From Eledone cirrhosa (taxonomy: Eukaryota), in assembly GCA_964016885.1 (NCBI GenBank), contig OZ024741.1:394754001-394818000 (forward strand): a stretch of DNA of 64,000 nt, written 5' to 3'. A program made the translations under genes and the position numbers. Below are positions 12,701 to 25,990 of the stretch, one piece after another. Every line of letters begins with the position of its first letter. Position 1 is the first letter of the stretch. Below the pieces are notes generated by a model. That model did not search any database and was not told the DNA's origin. It saw only the letters and a list, made by a program, of their open reading frames with translations.

Positions 12701-13260
12701 GCTAACTACATATTCTCCAGCAATAATAACAAATTAAAAATATATAATTATCCTCTTACTAATAATGATAATACTATAAAAACAAAGGATAATTAAGTAG
12801 GTAGCTTCCAAAATACCCTAACTCAAATTAATATACACAATTATAAACCAAATACTGACGTAATACGTAACAATAATAAAAAATATAACTGTAGAAACTC
12901 TGATACATGCCCTCTTAATAGTGAATGCATAACTAGAGGCATTATCTACCTATGCACTGTAACTAGTAGCAATAACAGTAAGATATACATAGGACCTACT
13001 TCTAACAGCTTAAAGTTCAAATAATATGTCTACTGCCATTCTTTCCGAAAAAAAGAACTTAAAAACTCAATATCACAATGGCACCTAAAGGAGACTAATA
13101 TAGAATACTCAATAGAATGGAACAAATTAAAGGTGACCCCTTCCTACTAACCAGGAAGAAAAAATGTAGTTTGTGTCTCAAAATATAAACTAAACATTCT
13201 TAACAGAAAATCTGAAATTCTCTCTACTTGTCCACATAAATTAACCATCTAAATTTTACA
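9740..13260 (+). mobile_element. Penelope-like element, nearly full length but degraded, interrupted by a piggyBac
   Basis: FTLKDHKVDFNNNPSIRLIRP (9979-10377); MGSSDSAQV near 10578; NFLDVKLNL (11877); CRNSDTCPL..IYLC..YIGPT near 12890-13000. Confidence 0.85.
10643..11718 (-). mobile_element. Internally deleted piggyBac DNA transposon
   Basis: TTAA TSDs at 10639-10642 and 11719-11722; TIRs ccctttagcattc / gaacactaaaggg; ORF 10971-11477 with acidic N-terminus and ALDYFFLFLPQTFFEVVAEEINRYAQQ. Confidence 0.92.
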
Positions 13261-13959
13261 AGTATTCAAATGATAATGCATGGAAAACTAATAATAAAAA
13301 TAAAAATGTATGTAATTCCTATAAGTATTTTACTAATTAAAATAAACTAGAGTAATAATTACACCCGTCTGTCGATGCTATAGGTAAACAAAAATTTAAA
13401 CTTAAGTGTTATTATTAAATTATTTAGGTAATGATATATAGTTAATCATATATAAATAAACTAATATCAATAGTTATGTATTATAGTCAAAACTTTCTTT
13501 ACAATCAGTACAAACATATGTGTTCTACATTATAAGAGTGCCTAGTCTAGACTTATATGCATTAGTAGAAGGTCACAAATTATCTGCACATTACACAGAT
13601 CAATTACTATACTTCAGGATCAATCACAAGGCTATAAGGAAAGTATAGTATCTAAGTTGGATCATAAACTGTATTAGAAAATGAAAATGAAAAGCAATGT
13701 GTACAATTGATCACGACCTCCTTACGGTTATTAATTGTGTTAGGTAACCTGTAAAAGATTACATAAATATTGTTAAAAAGAAATTAGATAGAGATAATTT
13801 CAGCTTAAGTGTGAATTTCATATGAAGAATACAAAAAGATGGTTTCTCGAGTTAGTACAGCTAAAATACTATGTCTAACATGAGAGGAAAGGTTTGGCTA
13901 CAGAGAACTGGGGTTATATATATATAAAATAAATTTTTTCGCTCTACATAGCTGAATAC

Positions 13960-14443
13960 AATAAATGTAATCTGAGTTTTTCCAATATTAATAATAACAT
14001 TCGATTCATTTGTAATTATGCAAACAGGCCTCATCTTTTTTATTTTAATTTGGCAAAGCCAGCCATTTATCGCTCGTATACAGGAAACTGACTGGCCAGT
14101 CTGCTGATATGAAAATCTGGCTGATCAGTGGATCTGCTAATATGCAGATCTGTATATTAGCAGCCAGTCTGCTAATATACAAATCAAGTCGATCAGTCAC
14201 TGTGTATTTTTGAAAATAGCATATATTTTCACTAGCTCTGACAGTTTGGCAGGTGAACAGGAGCTGTACTGATGAAGGGTGATACCCAGAAACATTAGTG
14301 TCTGCAGTTCTGTTCACATGCCAACACAAGAGCAAGAATGAAGGGTTCATTCTACTGACATGGCTTTAAAATTGAGGTTTGTTTGCATAATTGCAAACGA
14401 ATCGAATGTTATTAATATTCAAAAAACTCAGATTACATTTATT
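13960..14443 (+). mobile_element. Small non-coding element with ~80-bp terminal inverted repeats and an internal hammerhead
   Basis: 13960-14040 is the imperfect reverse complement of 14368-14443. Confidence 0.75.
14246..14324 (+). ncRNA. Type-I hammerhead ribozyme with extended stem I
   Basis: ttggca-g-gtgaaca-g-gagctgta CTGATGA a-gggt-gat-accc-a GAAAC attagt GTC tgcagttc-tgttcac-a-tgccaa; core intact, GUC site at 14300-14302. Confidence 0.88.
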
Positions 14444-14939
14444 ATCATCATTGTTTTCATGTCCTTCTCTTGGCCTTAATTGTCACATCTACCTTATTGT
14501 TCCACCACCAAGTCGCCCTCTTTCTCCCTGTAGTCTTGCTCCATCCATAAATCTCGCCTGTCGCCTTTAGTAGGTTATTTTTTAGGAACTCCCAAAGTTC
14601 TTCTATATTGAATGTCTCTATCTGTTCTTATACTGTAATATAAGTTTGTAGAAATATCCAAGAGTAAGAGCACTTGGATGAATTAAGTATAATTAATTAA
14701 AAGAGTGACATATACAGGTACTTAAGTTTAAGGGCAGGTAATTTCGAATTTAGCTATAAATAAACAAAACTTTTAGATAGTGTAAAGATAGGTAACTATC
14801 ACAAAGGTAGGAAACTTGTACTAAGTTAGTAATTCAAAGAAATCAAATTACTTGAAATTCAAATTAGTTTGTCTGGTCTATACCATTTTCTCAGAATGAA
14901 TTTCATTTCATGTGGACCATGACTAAAGCAGTCAAGGTG

Positions 14940-17895
14940 AGAATTTAAGCAGTGTTTCTCTGAAGTCATATAAATGGACACAGGATCTGATCTCTCATTT
15001 ATAACTGAAGACATGACATTAAAATGTAACCTCAGTATCCAGCCATATCAAAATATTATTTCTATCTCAGGTAAAACACATTGTCAAATTACTTGTAACT
15101 CTACTATATTCAGCAAATTTATTTGTGATTAAATCTCTTGTGGTGCCTTTGATAACAGGCATGCATATTCTCCATTCTCACTGATCGGTATCTTTTCAAC
15201 TGGAGGACCAAAGCCTCCAATAGCCTACTGTCTCACTTTCTCTGCGATGACCTGCAAGAAATACACCCTCATTCCAGGAGTAGACATTAATAAACTGACG
15301 CCAAGTGCTATGCCTTCTCAATGCATAACAACTGATCCATTTATAGCTAAAGAATTATATCGCCTACTTAATGATGGAATCATAACTGACAGTCAAAGTC
15401 GTTGGTGTGGTCAATGTTTCGTTGTACAAAGATTGGTAGCTGACTACTCTAAAACCATAAATCTTTATCCACCACTTGATTCATATCCTCCTGCAAATAT
15501 CGATCACATCCTTCAACAAATGGGATGTAATAAAGTTTTCAGCAAGATTGATTTAAAGTCAGCATATCATCAAATCGAACTGAAGGAAAGAAATATGCCA
15601 CTTACAGTGTTTGAAGCTTGTGGACATTTATATCATTTCCATAGGTTACCTTTCGGGTGTACCAATGCAGTCCCCATTTTTCAATGAACAATTGATGATT
15701 TGATTAGCTCTAATGCATTGACCAAAACCTTCGCATATGTCAACAACATATATTTTCAGAAAAGATTTCCCAGAATATGACCACAATCTATTTCAGTTTA
15801 TAAAGGCAGCAAAGTTAGTAAAAATTACAGAGGACGACCCCTAATGTGAATACAGACTGACAAAACTAAATTTCTTGGGAAACAAAATAGAAAATGGTAA
15901 GATTAGACCAGATCCTGAACAGTTTAAAAGTTTTTTGGATTATCCAGTTCCAAATAAAATTCCTCAACTTAACAGCTTCGTTGGATTAGTTGCTTACTAC
16001 GCCAAATGGATTAAGGGATGTGCTAACTTGATCAGACCTTTAATACAAGCAAGAGATAACTGTGTGAAGTCAGATTGTCTCATTCTATCTAGAATGCGTA
16101 AACGCTGTCGAGCTCATTAAACAACAACTCAAGTCTGAATCACTAGCCTCGTATGGATACACTACTCGTGCTTAAAACTGATGCATCAGATGTAGCAATA
16201 GGAAGAACCTTGCATCAAGAAGGTAGACCTGTTGCCTTTATATCTAAGACACCGTCTAACTCAGAACAAAGGCCGTCAACTGTGGAACGCGAGGCACAGG
16301 CTATTCCTGAATGTTCTAAGAAATGGAAGCACATACTAAACATGGTGCCATTTTTCACAATCATAACTGATCAGAGATCAGTGGCCTACATTTTTGATAG
16401 TACTCCTCGAACAAAAAAAATGATTAAAATTACCAGATGGAAACTAGAACTGTCAGGATATCGCTTTGTCATATACAAACCCGGGTCTAAAGATAAGGCT
16501 GCTGACACTCTCTCAGATTGTGCTGTATTTTCTCTTAACTCACAGAACACATTTGCTACCTCTGCATGAAAGATTGTGCCATCCAGGTGTGATCTGGAAG
16601 ATCCGTTTCTGTCAATCTAAACATTTACCTTTCTCAATACGAGAAATCAAGGAGACCATTTCCCAGTGTAAAGTCTGCTAAGAACTGAAACCTCATTTCC
16701 ATAATTCAGTTCCTTCTAAGTTGATCACTGCAATGCATCTATGGGAAAGATTATCAATGGATTTCGTCGGCTCTCTTCCATCTTACATGAGTGAGAAATA
16801 TATATATTAGTTATAGTGGACAAATTTTCTAGACACTTGTTTGACTATTCATTTTTTTGATATGTCCTCAGAGACAGTCATTAAAAAACTAGAAAAATGA
16901 TTTTGTCTGTTTGGGGTTCCCTTGGCTATACATTTAGACAGAGGAGCACAGTTTGAAAGCAAATCTCTCAGACAATTTCTTCTGTTGAATAATATTGTTA
17001 AGACTTGCACAACACCCTATCCACTACAAAGAAATGGCTAGTGTGAAAGAATTAATGAAGTGCTCCTAAAAACATTAAATCTTGCACTCAGGAGTAAACA
17101 GTTAGATAATTACCAGTGGAAAAGAATGCTACCCCTGGCTTTATCTTGTATAAGAGGACTTCTTTGCACGTCAATGAACCAAACACCTCATAAACAAATT
17201 TTTAGCTTTCCCAGACAGTCCTCTTCAGGACAGACGTTACCTCAATATCTGCTCCAAAAGAACATGGAAGTCCTTAAAAGAATTCATGTATGAAATAAAA
17301 TAGATTATCTGATCAAAAGAAAAACCCTATTGGAAACTATTTCACCATACATGGCGCGTGTAAAAAAACTGGAAGGGGAACAGTGGAAACTATATCGATT
17401 AGAGATATCGCCCCTCTAACAACAGATTGTCAAATGCAAATAATAGAAGAGAATAATCTAGACAGATTTGGTGACCAACAACACAAAGACCACTCCGTCA
17501 ATAATCCCAAGGTCTCTGAAGATGTTATTTCAGAAAACGATGCATCTCTTACTACTAAACTGCCAGACAACGTCAATCCACAAATGTCAGAGGAAGAAAT
17601 TAGTCCAGAAATAAACAAATTTAGATCAATTCAAGGCTCATAGCTCAATAGTGAAATTCACACTCGTTCTGGTTAAATTATTAAACATCCTAAAAGAATC
17701 GATTTGTAATTGACATACTAGTACAACTTTCTTGGAACAAGGGGAAAATATTATGAAATCAGCTGCCAGCACATTAGTTAGTGCTGACTACTTAGTTACA
17801 TGTAAATCTGGCAACACAAATTGCAAGTGTCCATAATTTTGTATTGTCAATGAAGATTGGAATAAAGCCTTATAACTTCTTGTACATATAACACT
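14940..17895 (+). mobile_element. Degraded Gypsy LTR retrotransposon (PR-RT-RH-IN, PPT, probable 3' LTR)
   Basis: MDTGSDLSFI (~14975); FSKIDLKSAYHQI, RLPFGCTNA; TDASDVAIG; HERLCHPG..CKVC; IHLDRGAQF; purine tract aaggggaaaa ~17740; many stops. Confidence 0.88.
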
Positions 17896-17977
17896 AAAGC
17901 CTTATGACTTACTACTCTGAATTTGTCATGCTCAAGGATCTGAAGTTTTTTATGTCTCTACTAATTTTATCATGACA

Positions 17978-18031
17978 GTGCTGATGAGTGTGATTTGGTG
18001 GGCCTTTTTATCTTAGAAACAAAATGTACAC
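17978..18031 (+). ncRNA. Degenerate hammerhead-like motif
   Basis: gtg-CTGATGA...GAAAC-aaaat-GTA-cac; poor stem II. Confidence 0.35.
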
Positions 18032-18169
18032 CAAAATATTCTGTACTCTAGAATATTGGTATAACAATTAAGTAGAAGCCAGTAGGTTAGAATTTACTTC
18101 ATTATACTGATTACATAACTGATTATATAATCAATAAAATGAGGTAAATTCTAACCTCCTCCCACTGCA

Positions 18170-19672
18170 ACCACCTGGTTCTGGGTGGCTCCCGCTACAA
18201 GGAGGGGCAGGCTAGTTGGCCACGCCGAAGCAATCTCACAGTAGAATCAGAGTGCAGGAGCCAGGAACTGGGTGGCGGCACTAATGAGGGGGGACAGACT
18301 AGTTGGCTGTGCTGAACCCTTCTCACAGCAGAACCGTATTTTGGGCACGCCACAACATTTGGTGTGGGAACAGGGTAGCATTGCTATGGGGAGGGACAGG
18401 TAAGTTGGCCGCGTCGAACCCTTCTCACAATGGAACAACAGTTTGGGTACCACAACCAGATTTACAGTGGGAACTGCCATTTGGCTGCGACAAGCCCTTG
18501 TCACTGCGGAAACACAGTTTGGGAGCTTGGAACTTGGCTTGTTGGCCTGCCAAACTCTTCATACAGCAGACCCACATTTACAGTGTGGCACTGCTATGAG
18601 GCAGGACAGGCCAGCTGGACGTGCCAAACCCTTCTCACAGCGGAACCATACAATCACATTTACATTGACACTGAAGTGAGGAAGGGCAAGCCATTTGGCC
18701 GCGACAAACCCTTCTCACAGCAGAACCACAGTTTGGGAGCCTGCAACTGGATGGCTATGAGGAGGGAGGCCATTTGGTAATGCACCTCTTTTCACAGCGG
18801 AACCGTATTTTGGGCGTCACGTTTGCAGTGTGGAACTGGGTGGCACCACTATGGGGAGTGACACGCCTGTTGGCCGCACCGAGCCCTTCTCACAGCAGGC
18901 CATAGTTTGGATGCCACAACCGCATTTATAGTGTGGCACCACTGTGAGGAAGGACAGGCCATTTGGCCGTGACAAACTCTTTTCACTACAGAAACCACAG
19001 TTTGAGGGCATGGGACTAGATGGCAACACTATGTGGAGGGACAGGCCTGTTGGCTGCGGCGGAACGACAACTCAGGAACCACATTACAGCGTGGCACCAC
19101 TGTGAGGAAGGACAGGCCATACACCCACAACATACCCTTCTCACTGCGGTTCAACAGTTTGGAAGCCTGGAACTGGATAGCACCATTATGAGAATGGACA
19201 GGCAAGTTGACTGCACCAGACCCCTCTCGCAGTGGTTCCACAATTCGGGAGCCTGAAACTGGATGGCACCGATAATGAGGAGGGACAACCCAAACCATCT
19301 CACAGTGGAACCACAGTCCAGGAGCTTGAAACAGGATGGCACTGCTAATGAGGAGGGACAGGCCAGTTGGCCGTGCCAAACACTTCATGCAGTTCAGGTG
19401 CTGCATGACACCGCTATGGGAAGGGACACACCAGTTGGCCACATCGAACTCCTATCACAGCGGAGCCACAGTTCGGATCCCAAATGGCACCGCTATGAGG
19501 CAAGACAAGCTAATTGGCCGCGCCGAAGCCTTCACACAGCGGCATCATAGATTTAGAGACCTGTTAGCCACACCAAACCCTTTTCACAGTGGAACCATAG
19601 TTTGGGAGCCACAACGGCATTTACAGTGTGGCACCACTGTGAGGAAGGACCACCCATTTGACCCCAACCACC
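18170..19672. repeat. Degenerate tandem array of ~84-bp hairpin-forming units (array 2)
   Basis: Same unit and orientation as 487-1748. Confidence 0.85.
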
Positions 19673-19679
19673 TTTGATT

Positions 19680-22060
19680 TGATACCCCAGATAGCAGAAG
19701 ATATAGATTATTTCTATAGGATCTTCTGTGTAATTGAAGGGGCATGCTACTCCTGTGCAGGGTTCACATATGAAGTCCATGTTTTTTGCTAGCCTGCATG
19801 TTTTTCCATTACATATCTTTTGTACACACTGTTTGCATTTGGGACACTGGATTGAGTTTCTGCCTATACCTTTTCTACATATCGAGCAGGGCTATTTCCT
19901 GGAGTGTATCAGAGCTCTGTTTCTTTTTCTGGTCTTTGCCAGGTTGACTTTGAGGCTTTTTTGTTTCCAAGTCGTGCCTCCATGTCTGAAATTTCTTCTC
20001 TAACTTTGTCATAGACTCGACTAAGAGAGTCATGTCATCAGCGGATAGTAGTTCCCGAGGGTAACCAGTCTTTAATTCCTCTGTTATAGCCTGTAGAACA
20101 ATAATGAAGAGGAGGGGGCTAAGGACAGAGCCCTGATGAACCCCCCACCTGTACACTGAAATCCTCACTATTCATTGTTGATTTTAACTTTGCTGGTGGC
20201 CCCTCTGTACATGGCTTGTACTCTTCTCATGAGCCACTCATCTATACCGTGATTTCTGAGGGCCCACCATATTACGGGTCGAGGGATGCTGTCAAAAACT
20301 TTCTCTAGGTCCACGAATGTTAGGTAGAGCAGTTTGCTTTTAGCCAGGTACTTTTGCTTCACAAGAAAGGGCGTGTCGGTGGTGCTGTTTCCTGGCACAA
20401 ATCCAAGCTGCATCTCATCAGCTTTATATCTTTGTAGGGCGACTCCTTTACTCTTGTAACAGTTGACAATGATGCTGCTATTCCAATCACTGGGAATGAC
20501 ACCATTCTGTATTACATGGTTTACAATATGGGCGGTTAGGGTGTGCCCTACTATCCCAGATGCTTTTAACATCTCAGCAACTACACCTGATGGCTCAGCT
20601 GCTTTATCTGCCTTCATGGTCTTAATTGCCTTATTAGGTTGCTGCTTACACGTATACAGCTGGATCTTCTGTAGCAGGCTGTTTTCTCCCAAGCATTTTC
20701 TTTGTTCACCAGCCTCATATAGTGGCATTTCCAGGCAGCTTTCTTTTTAGTGTCAGTGAGGGCAAGTGTGCCATTGTTGTTATGGATGCATTCCTCCTCA
20801 AATAACATCACGGTTTTCCTTGACACATTACCTTGCAATCTTGAACACCTCCTGCTTTTGGTCTTCACATTACATGGTTAAACTTTTCATTTTCTGCTTC
20901 ACTCCTTGCCAGGTATACTTGTGGTCTAGCCTCTCTCCTGGCTTCCTCGTAGGGGTGCCTGCTACCTCCATTTTTCCATTTTTTCCATGCCAGTCTTTTC
21001 ACTTAAATTGCCATGTCCACCTTGTTATTGCACCACCAGGTGGTTCTACTGCTCTTCCCTGGGGCCTTGCTCCAACTACAGATCACATTTGTTGTTTTCA
21101 GTAGGTTATCTCTCAGGAACCCCCACTGCTCCTCTATATTGTATACCTTTATTTCTTCTTCCTTGCTATTAAAGACGTGAAGTATGAGTCTCCTGAAAGC
21201 TGAGGCCTCTTCAGCTTCCATATCCTTCTCTTCTAGGATGTTTTGTTGCTCCTGGACAGCCTGGTTCTGACTCTAAAGATGCTAACTACCAGGTTATGTT
21301 GGGAAGTGCATTCCTCATCCAGGATGCTTTTTGTGTTTACGACCGTTGCTCTGTATTGTCTTCTGGTGAGAATATAGTCAATTTGGTTGGCGTGCTCCCC
21401 TCAACAATAGGTGATCAGTTGGTTTGCTGGTTTCTTAAAGTTTGTATTGCAGAATTAGACCTACCTTTCAGCGTCCCTACATTGATGGCTGTGGCTCTAA
21501 AGTTTGTATTGCAGAAAGTCGTTGGCATAGCAGAATTCCAGGAGCCTCAGTCCTTCTTGTGCCAAACACAAAACCTCCATGGAGCCTGTGGAATCCATCA
21601 CTTAGTCTCCTCACATGTCAAAGTCACTTGCAATAATGGTGACTTTGGTGTTTCAGGTTTGGGATGTTGCACTTATTAGGGACTCATAGAACAGGTCTTT
21701 TTGTTCATTTGGCAGACCAGATTGGGGTGCATAAACAGACATGATTGATACCATTGTTCTATTTAGGATGAGCCTAAATGAAATGATTCTGCTATTTATT
21801 CTATTTACTGCTATTACCTTGTCCACCGATATTTCAGCTAGCATAGTACCTACACCTCCAGGCCTGCTGCCATTACTTTTCCAGAAGAATTTAAAACGTT
21901 TTCTGCCTACTAGGAGTCTGGAAGATTCTCCTCTCTGCCTCGTCTCTTGTATACAGCATACATCAATTTTGTTATGCTTGAGCATCTCCACAATCTCATT
22001 TGACCTACCTTTCAGCGTCCCTACATTGATGGTTGTGGCTCTAAAGTCTCAAAAAGGTGG
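19680..22060 (-). mobile_element. RTE LINE, APE + RT, degraded
   Basis: KIDVCCIQETR, SVYAPQSG (21653-21991); FVDLEKVFD (20168-20728); [13 protein letters not shown] (19875-20168); 46-bp segment duplicated at ~21456 and ~22001. Confidence 0.9.
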
Positions 22061-23159
22061 TACTGCTTTTCTGGTGGTGGATGATGTCTTGGTGTTGGTT
22101 TTTTGTGTCCAGGAAAAAAGATAGGGCAGGTGTGGCCCCCAGGACTGGGCATTTGCATCGTGACCTTGTTATGAATATTACTTACCAGTCAGTGATATTT
22201 GGTGCTACTGGCAGGGGAGGGGGTATTAGTGTTAAAGAGTTAGTGGTGCATGTGTTGGTGGTGAAAATATTACCCGTAGGGGTGGACAGGTGTGTTGGTT
22301 ATAGAGTGGTATAACACATATGGGTGTAGTTAATGTAGTTTGGTTGACAAGATGGTGCTCTCCTGTTTTCATTGGACTATGCAAAGGTGGTGAGTGGAGG
22401 TGGGTAAAATGTTTAAGTGATTGTAGACACAAGGTACACCCGGTGTGGAATAAATTAAAAATAGGATATAGGCTTGAAGATAGATTTTAAGAATAATACA
22501 ATAAAATAGAATTGAAAGTAGATGCCTTTTATTTTTAATAATTTGAATCGGTTATTAAAGAAAGGTTTGCAAAACTTCAGCTTACAGTAAAACACAACGA
22601 AATAGTTTCAGAATTAGCTCAATGAGTTTATATGTTATTGGGCAGAAAAATAAGGAGATTTTTCAGGAAAAAACAAAGTTTGGAAAGACAGACATAAACA
22701 CAGAGCATATATGAGCAAAAAGAGAGATAGAAAAATAGATAGTGTTCCATTAATGGCGTAATAAATATCCATTAATTTTTTCATTAGTGAAGTTAGTTCC
22801 TATGGTGTATCAACATGTAGACGTACAATGAATTTTGTCATTTTTAACTTGGAGTTGACTATGGTTACATTTCTATTAAATTGAATATAATTTTAAATAC
22901 CTCTGAAGAAAATGTTATACATTGTTGTCTTTTCTTTTTTCTTTTCTTTATTTACTTTTTGCTTCTGCAACCAACGGACGTAAAATGGTGATGATGATGA
23001 TGAACCATTTGTATAATGCAGAAATGGTATTACTCTTGAAACATGTTATTAAAATAGTTCTAAAGCTACTTTTCCATCTCTTTTTTTCGCTTATATATAT
23101 TTAAATTTACCAAAATATTCAAATATAGCTAAAATTGAAATAATTAAAAGAAATAACTA

Positions 23160-23290
23160 TTTCACAAGTAAATGGTTCCAGGTGTAAACCCATTATGTGA
23201 CACCTTGGGGAAATGTCGTCTATTGTAGCCTAATGTTGACCAATACTTTGTGAGTGAATTTCATAGACAGAGACTGGGCAGAAGCCTGTC
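23160..23290 (+). mobile_element. tRNA-related SINE fragment
   Basis: ggttccaggtgtaaaccc...caccttggggaaatgtc..ctattgtagcc resembles a SINE head/body. Confidence 0.45.
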
Positions 23291-23596
23291 ATATATATCC
23301 TCATCATCATCACCGTTTTACGTCCGTTCTTCCATGCTAGTATGTATATATGTAAATGTGTTTATGCTTATGAGTGTGAATATGAGTGTTATATTGTGCC
23401 CCCTCTTTGTATAAAATAGTAACTTAGCCCTTCAATGAATCAAGATCAATAAAATATGTACCATGTAGTAAGTACTGTGGTCAATGATTAACAAGAACCT
23501 TTGAAGTTATTTTCCCTAGCATAGATACAGTCCAATGACTAATACCAAGAAAAGAATTAAAAGAATATAAATAAAAAAATACATAATAAAACTAAC

Positions 23597-23689
23597 CTGT
23601 GTAAAAGATGAGCTTCAAGTTCTGAACGGGGCAATACATCTTCACAGTAATCCACATTAGGACATACCACTAATAATTTATCCAGTAAT
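23597..23689 (-). CDS. LNX: Internal coding exon of an LNX1/LNX2-like E3 ubiquitin ligase (zinc finger immediately C-terminal to the RING)
   Basis: ttttgttgtag|A TTA CTG GAT...CAC AG|gttagt; 93 nt, phase 2-2; encodes LLDKLLVVCPNVDYCEDVLPRSELEAHLLH(R), matching the vertebrate LNX2 segment LLDKLLVLCP..C..V.QRCDLEAHL.NRC (recalled, not aligned). Confidence 0.88.
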
Positions 23690-25079
23690 CTACAACAAAA
23701 TATTCATTATAGCAATTACACAACACATAACAAATATTTGAGAAAACCATTTTTTAAAATGAAAATACATGACAAAATATTTCTTCAGCATCATCATCAT
23801 TAACACCACCGCCATTAAACATCTATTTTCCCTATTTGCATGAGTAAGATGGGCTGTCACATACTGAAGTGACTGTCCTGCTTGTACACTCCAGTTTCTA
23901 TGGCTAAATGCCTTTCTTAAAACCAACCACTTTACAACATGTACTAGGAGCATTTTATTGTGACTGGCACTATCATCTTACAGGGTAGACTGGGTGCTTT
24001 TTATTGTGGAAACAGCTCTACCACCTTACAGTGTAGAATGGGTGTTTTTTTATCATGGTACAAATTGTTTTCTTTTATTTTACCATGCTGATATGAGTTG
24101 AACAAATCTATAGTCCCATGTATCTCCACTTGCTTCAATTATATGCATTTTCCATGCCAAGTGTAACATTCTATGACCTGAATTTATTACTTTTTCATAT
24201 ATTTTCCTTGGTCTTCTTTATAATGCCCAGCTACTGTCTCAGCTGCCTTGTACTCTGCCTTTCATGCAGGTTGGCATCGTAGAGCCAAAGAATATACTTT
24301 TTCTTGTATATTTTTTCTTCAACAACAATGTCCATGTTTTACACAATTGGCTGCTTGCAACAAAAGTAAATAACGCCCTGAACTTATTTCATTGCTTCTT
24401 TACTCCAATTATTACAGTAACTTCCAGTATTAATTAGATCACTGAGATAATGTAAACTATCAATTCCCTCTTTTTGTTTCCATGATGAATATAAACGTTT
24501 TCTTATGGGAAATGCCCATGCTCAGTGTGTAGGAAAGGGGCAGGTAGAAATTCCACCCTCTGTCCCAAATGCAAACTATGGGTACATAAGAGATGTAGCA
24601 GGATCTCAAGTAGGCTAGAACATGGGTTTTACATATGGGTGTTGCACAGGAGTAGTAAACAGCAAGAGCTCAGAGGAAACCAAGCCAAAATCAGTTCATG
24701 CTAGCTTGAAAAAATGAATGTTAAACGGTAATGATGATGATGATGATATGTGTGTGTGTGTGTGTGTGCGTGTAGGTGTCACAATAAAAAGCACTCAGCA
24801 CACACTGTAAATATGGTTGGTGTTAGGAAGAGAATCCAGATGTAGCAACCAAACCAAAACTAACCCTGCATGAGCCAAAACCTGGCTTGTCACACAACGT
24901 GACAACTCATCTAACCCATGTTAATGAGGAAAATGGACGTTAAACAGTGATGATGATAATCATCATCAGCATGGCCTTAGCCTGTCGACTGGAATACAAA
25001 ATAGAAATAGAAAAATGGAAATATATATACATATCATCTGTGAAACATATATATAATCTACTTATATATTGTGGAATTG

Positions 25080-25550
25080 TTATAGAACCCAGGAGAGGGA
25101 CACAGTATCCAGAGATATAACTAAAGGATTTGGCCTATGCTGATAACATCATACTGATCAGGAGTCACTGTAGTGGCTGAAAATTTATTACATTGTGTTA
25201 AACATACAGCAAATCTAGTTGGTTTACATCTTAATGCTAGTAAAACACAAACTGTAACAGATGGAATTAATGATTATTATCAAGTAAAATCCTTAACTGG
25301 TCAAATCATTAATTAGGTGAAACAATTTAGATAGCAAGGATGATTTTAATGTGAGGAAAGGACTGGAATGGGTTGCAATAATCCAGTTAGACAAAATATG
25401 GAAGGCTATCATGGACAGAAAACCGAAACTTAGGTTTTTCAGGGCACGTGTAGAAAGTATTTTGTTATACAACTCAGAAGTTTGGACCATAACACAAAAC
25501 CTATAAATAAAAATAGATAGATTATGTACTAAGCTATCAAGAATAATTGA
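25080..25550 (+). mobile_element. Old LINE RT remnant
   Basis: DLAYADNI, VGLHLNASKT, FRARVESILLYNSEVWT-like segments; similar to the LINE at 60800-61300. Confidence 0.65.
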
Positions 25551-25654
25551 AAATATATATATATGTGTGTGTAAAAGCTAAACAGAAATAACAACTCAAA
25601 CAGTACAGTATATGGAAGGGATATATTAGTTTAATACTTGAAATAGCAGGAAGA

Positions 25655-25990
25655 GGGTCTTTGCGTTTTGGACGCTAGTCCTTCATCAGAAGAAAGAATA
25701 AGAAGTTAGAATGATTGAGAGGACAGGCAGGACAGAATCAGTGAAGGAGAGGCAGATACGGAATGAACCATTGGTGTCTGTGAGAGTGGTGAGTTTGGAA
25801 ATGAAAGGACAGGTGTTACAGCGGGGATGAGAACAGAAATGAGAGGTGGGTGAAATCGTAGGAGAGGAAGGGAAAGAACTGCGTACCAGGAGGTTGTGGA
25901 GATTACAGGCGCCCTTAAACACAGTAATAGGTGGGTTTGGAAAAAAAGCAAGAAGTGACAGGGTAAGAAGAGAGGGTGCAGAAGAAACGG
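25655..25990 (-). mobile_element. Penelope-like remnant (linker Cys motif) with a decayed hammerhead
   Basis: NLHNLLVRS...CSHPRCNTCP; downstream tctt-CTGATGA-a-ggac-tagc-gtcc-AAAAC-gca-aaga with mutated core. Confidence 0.6.
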
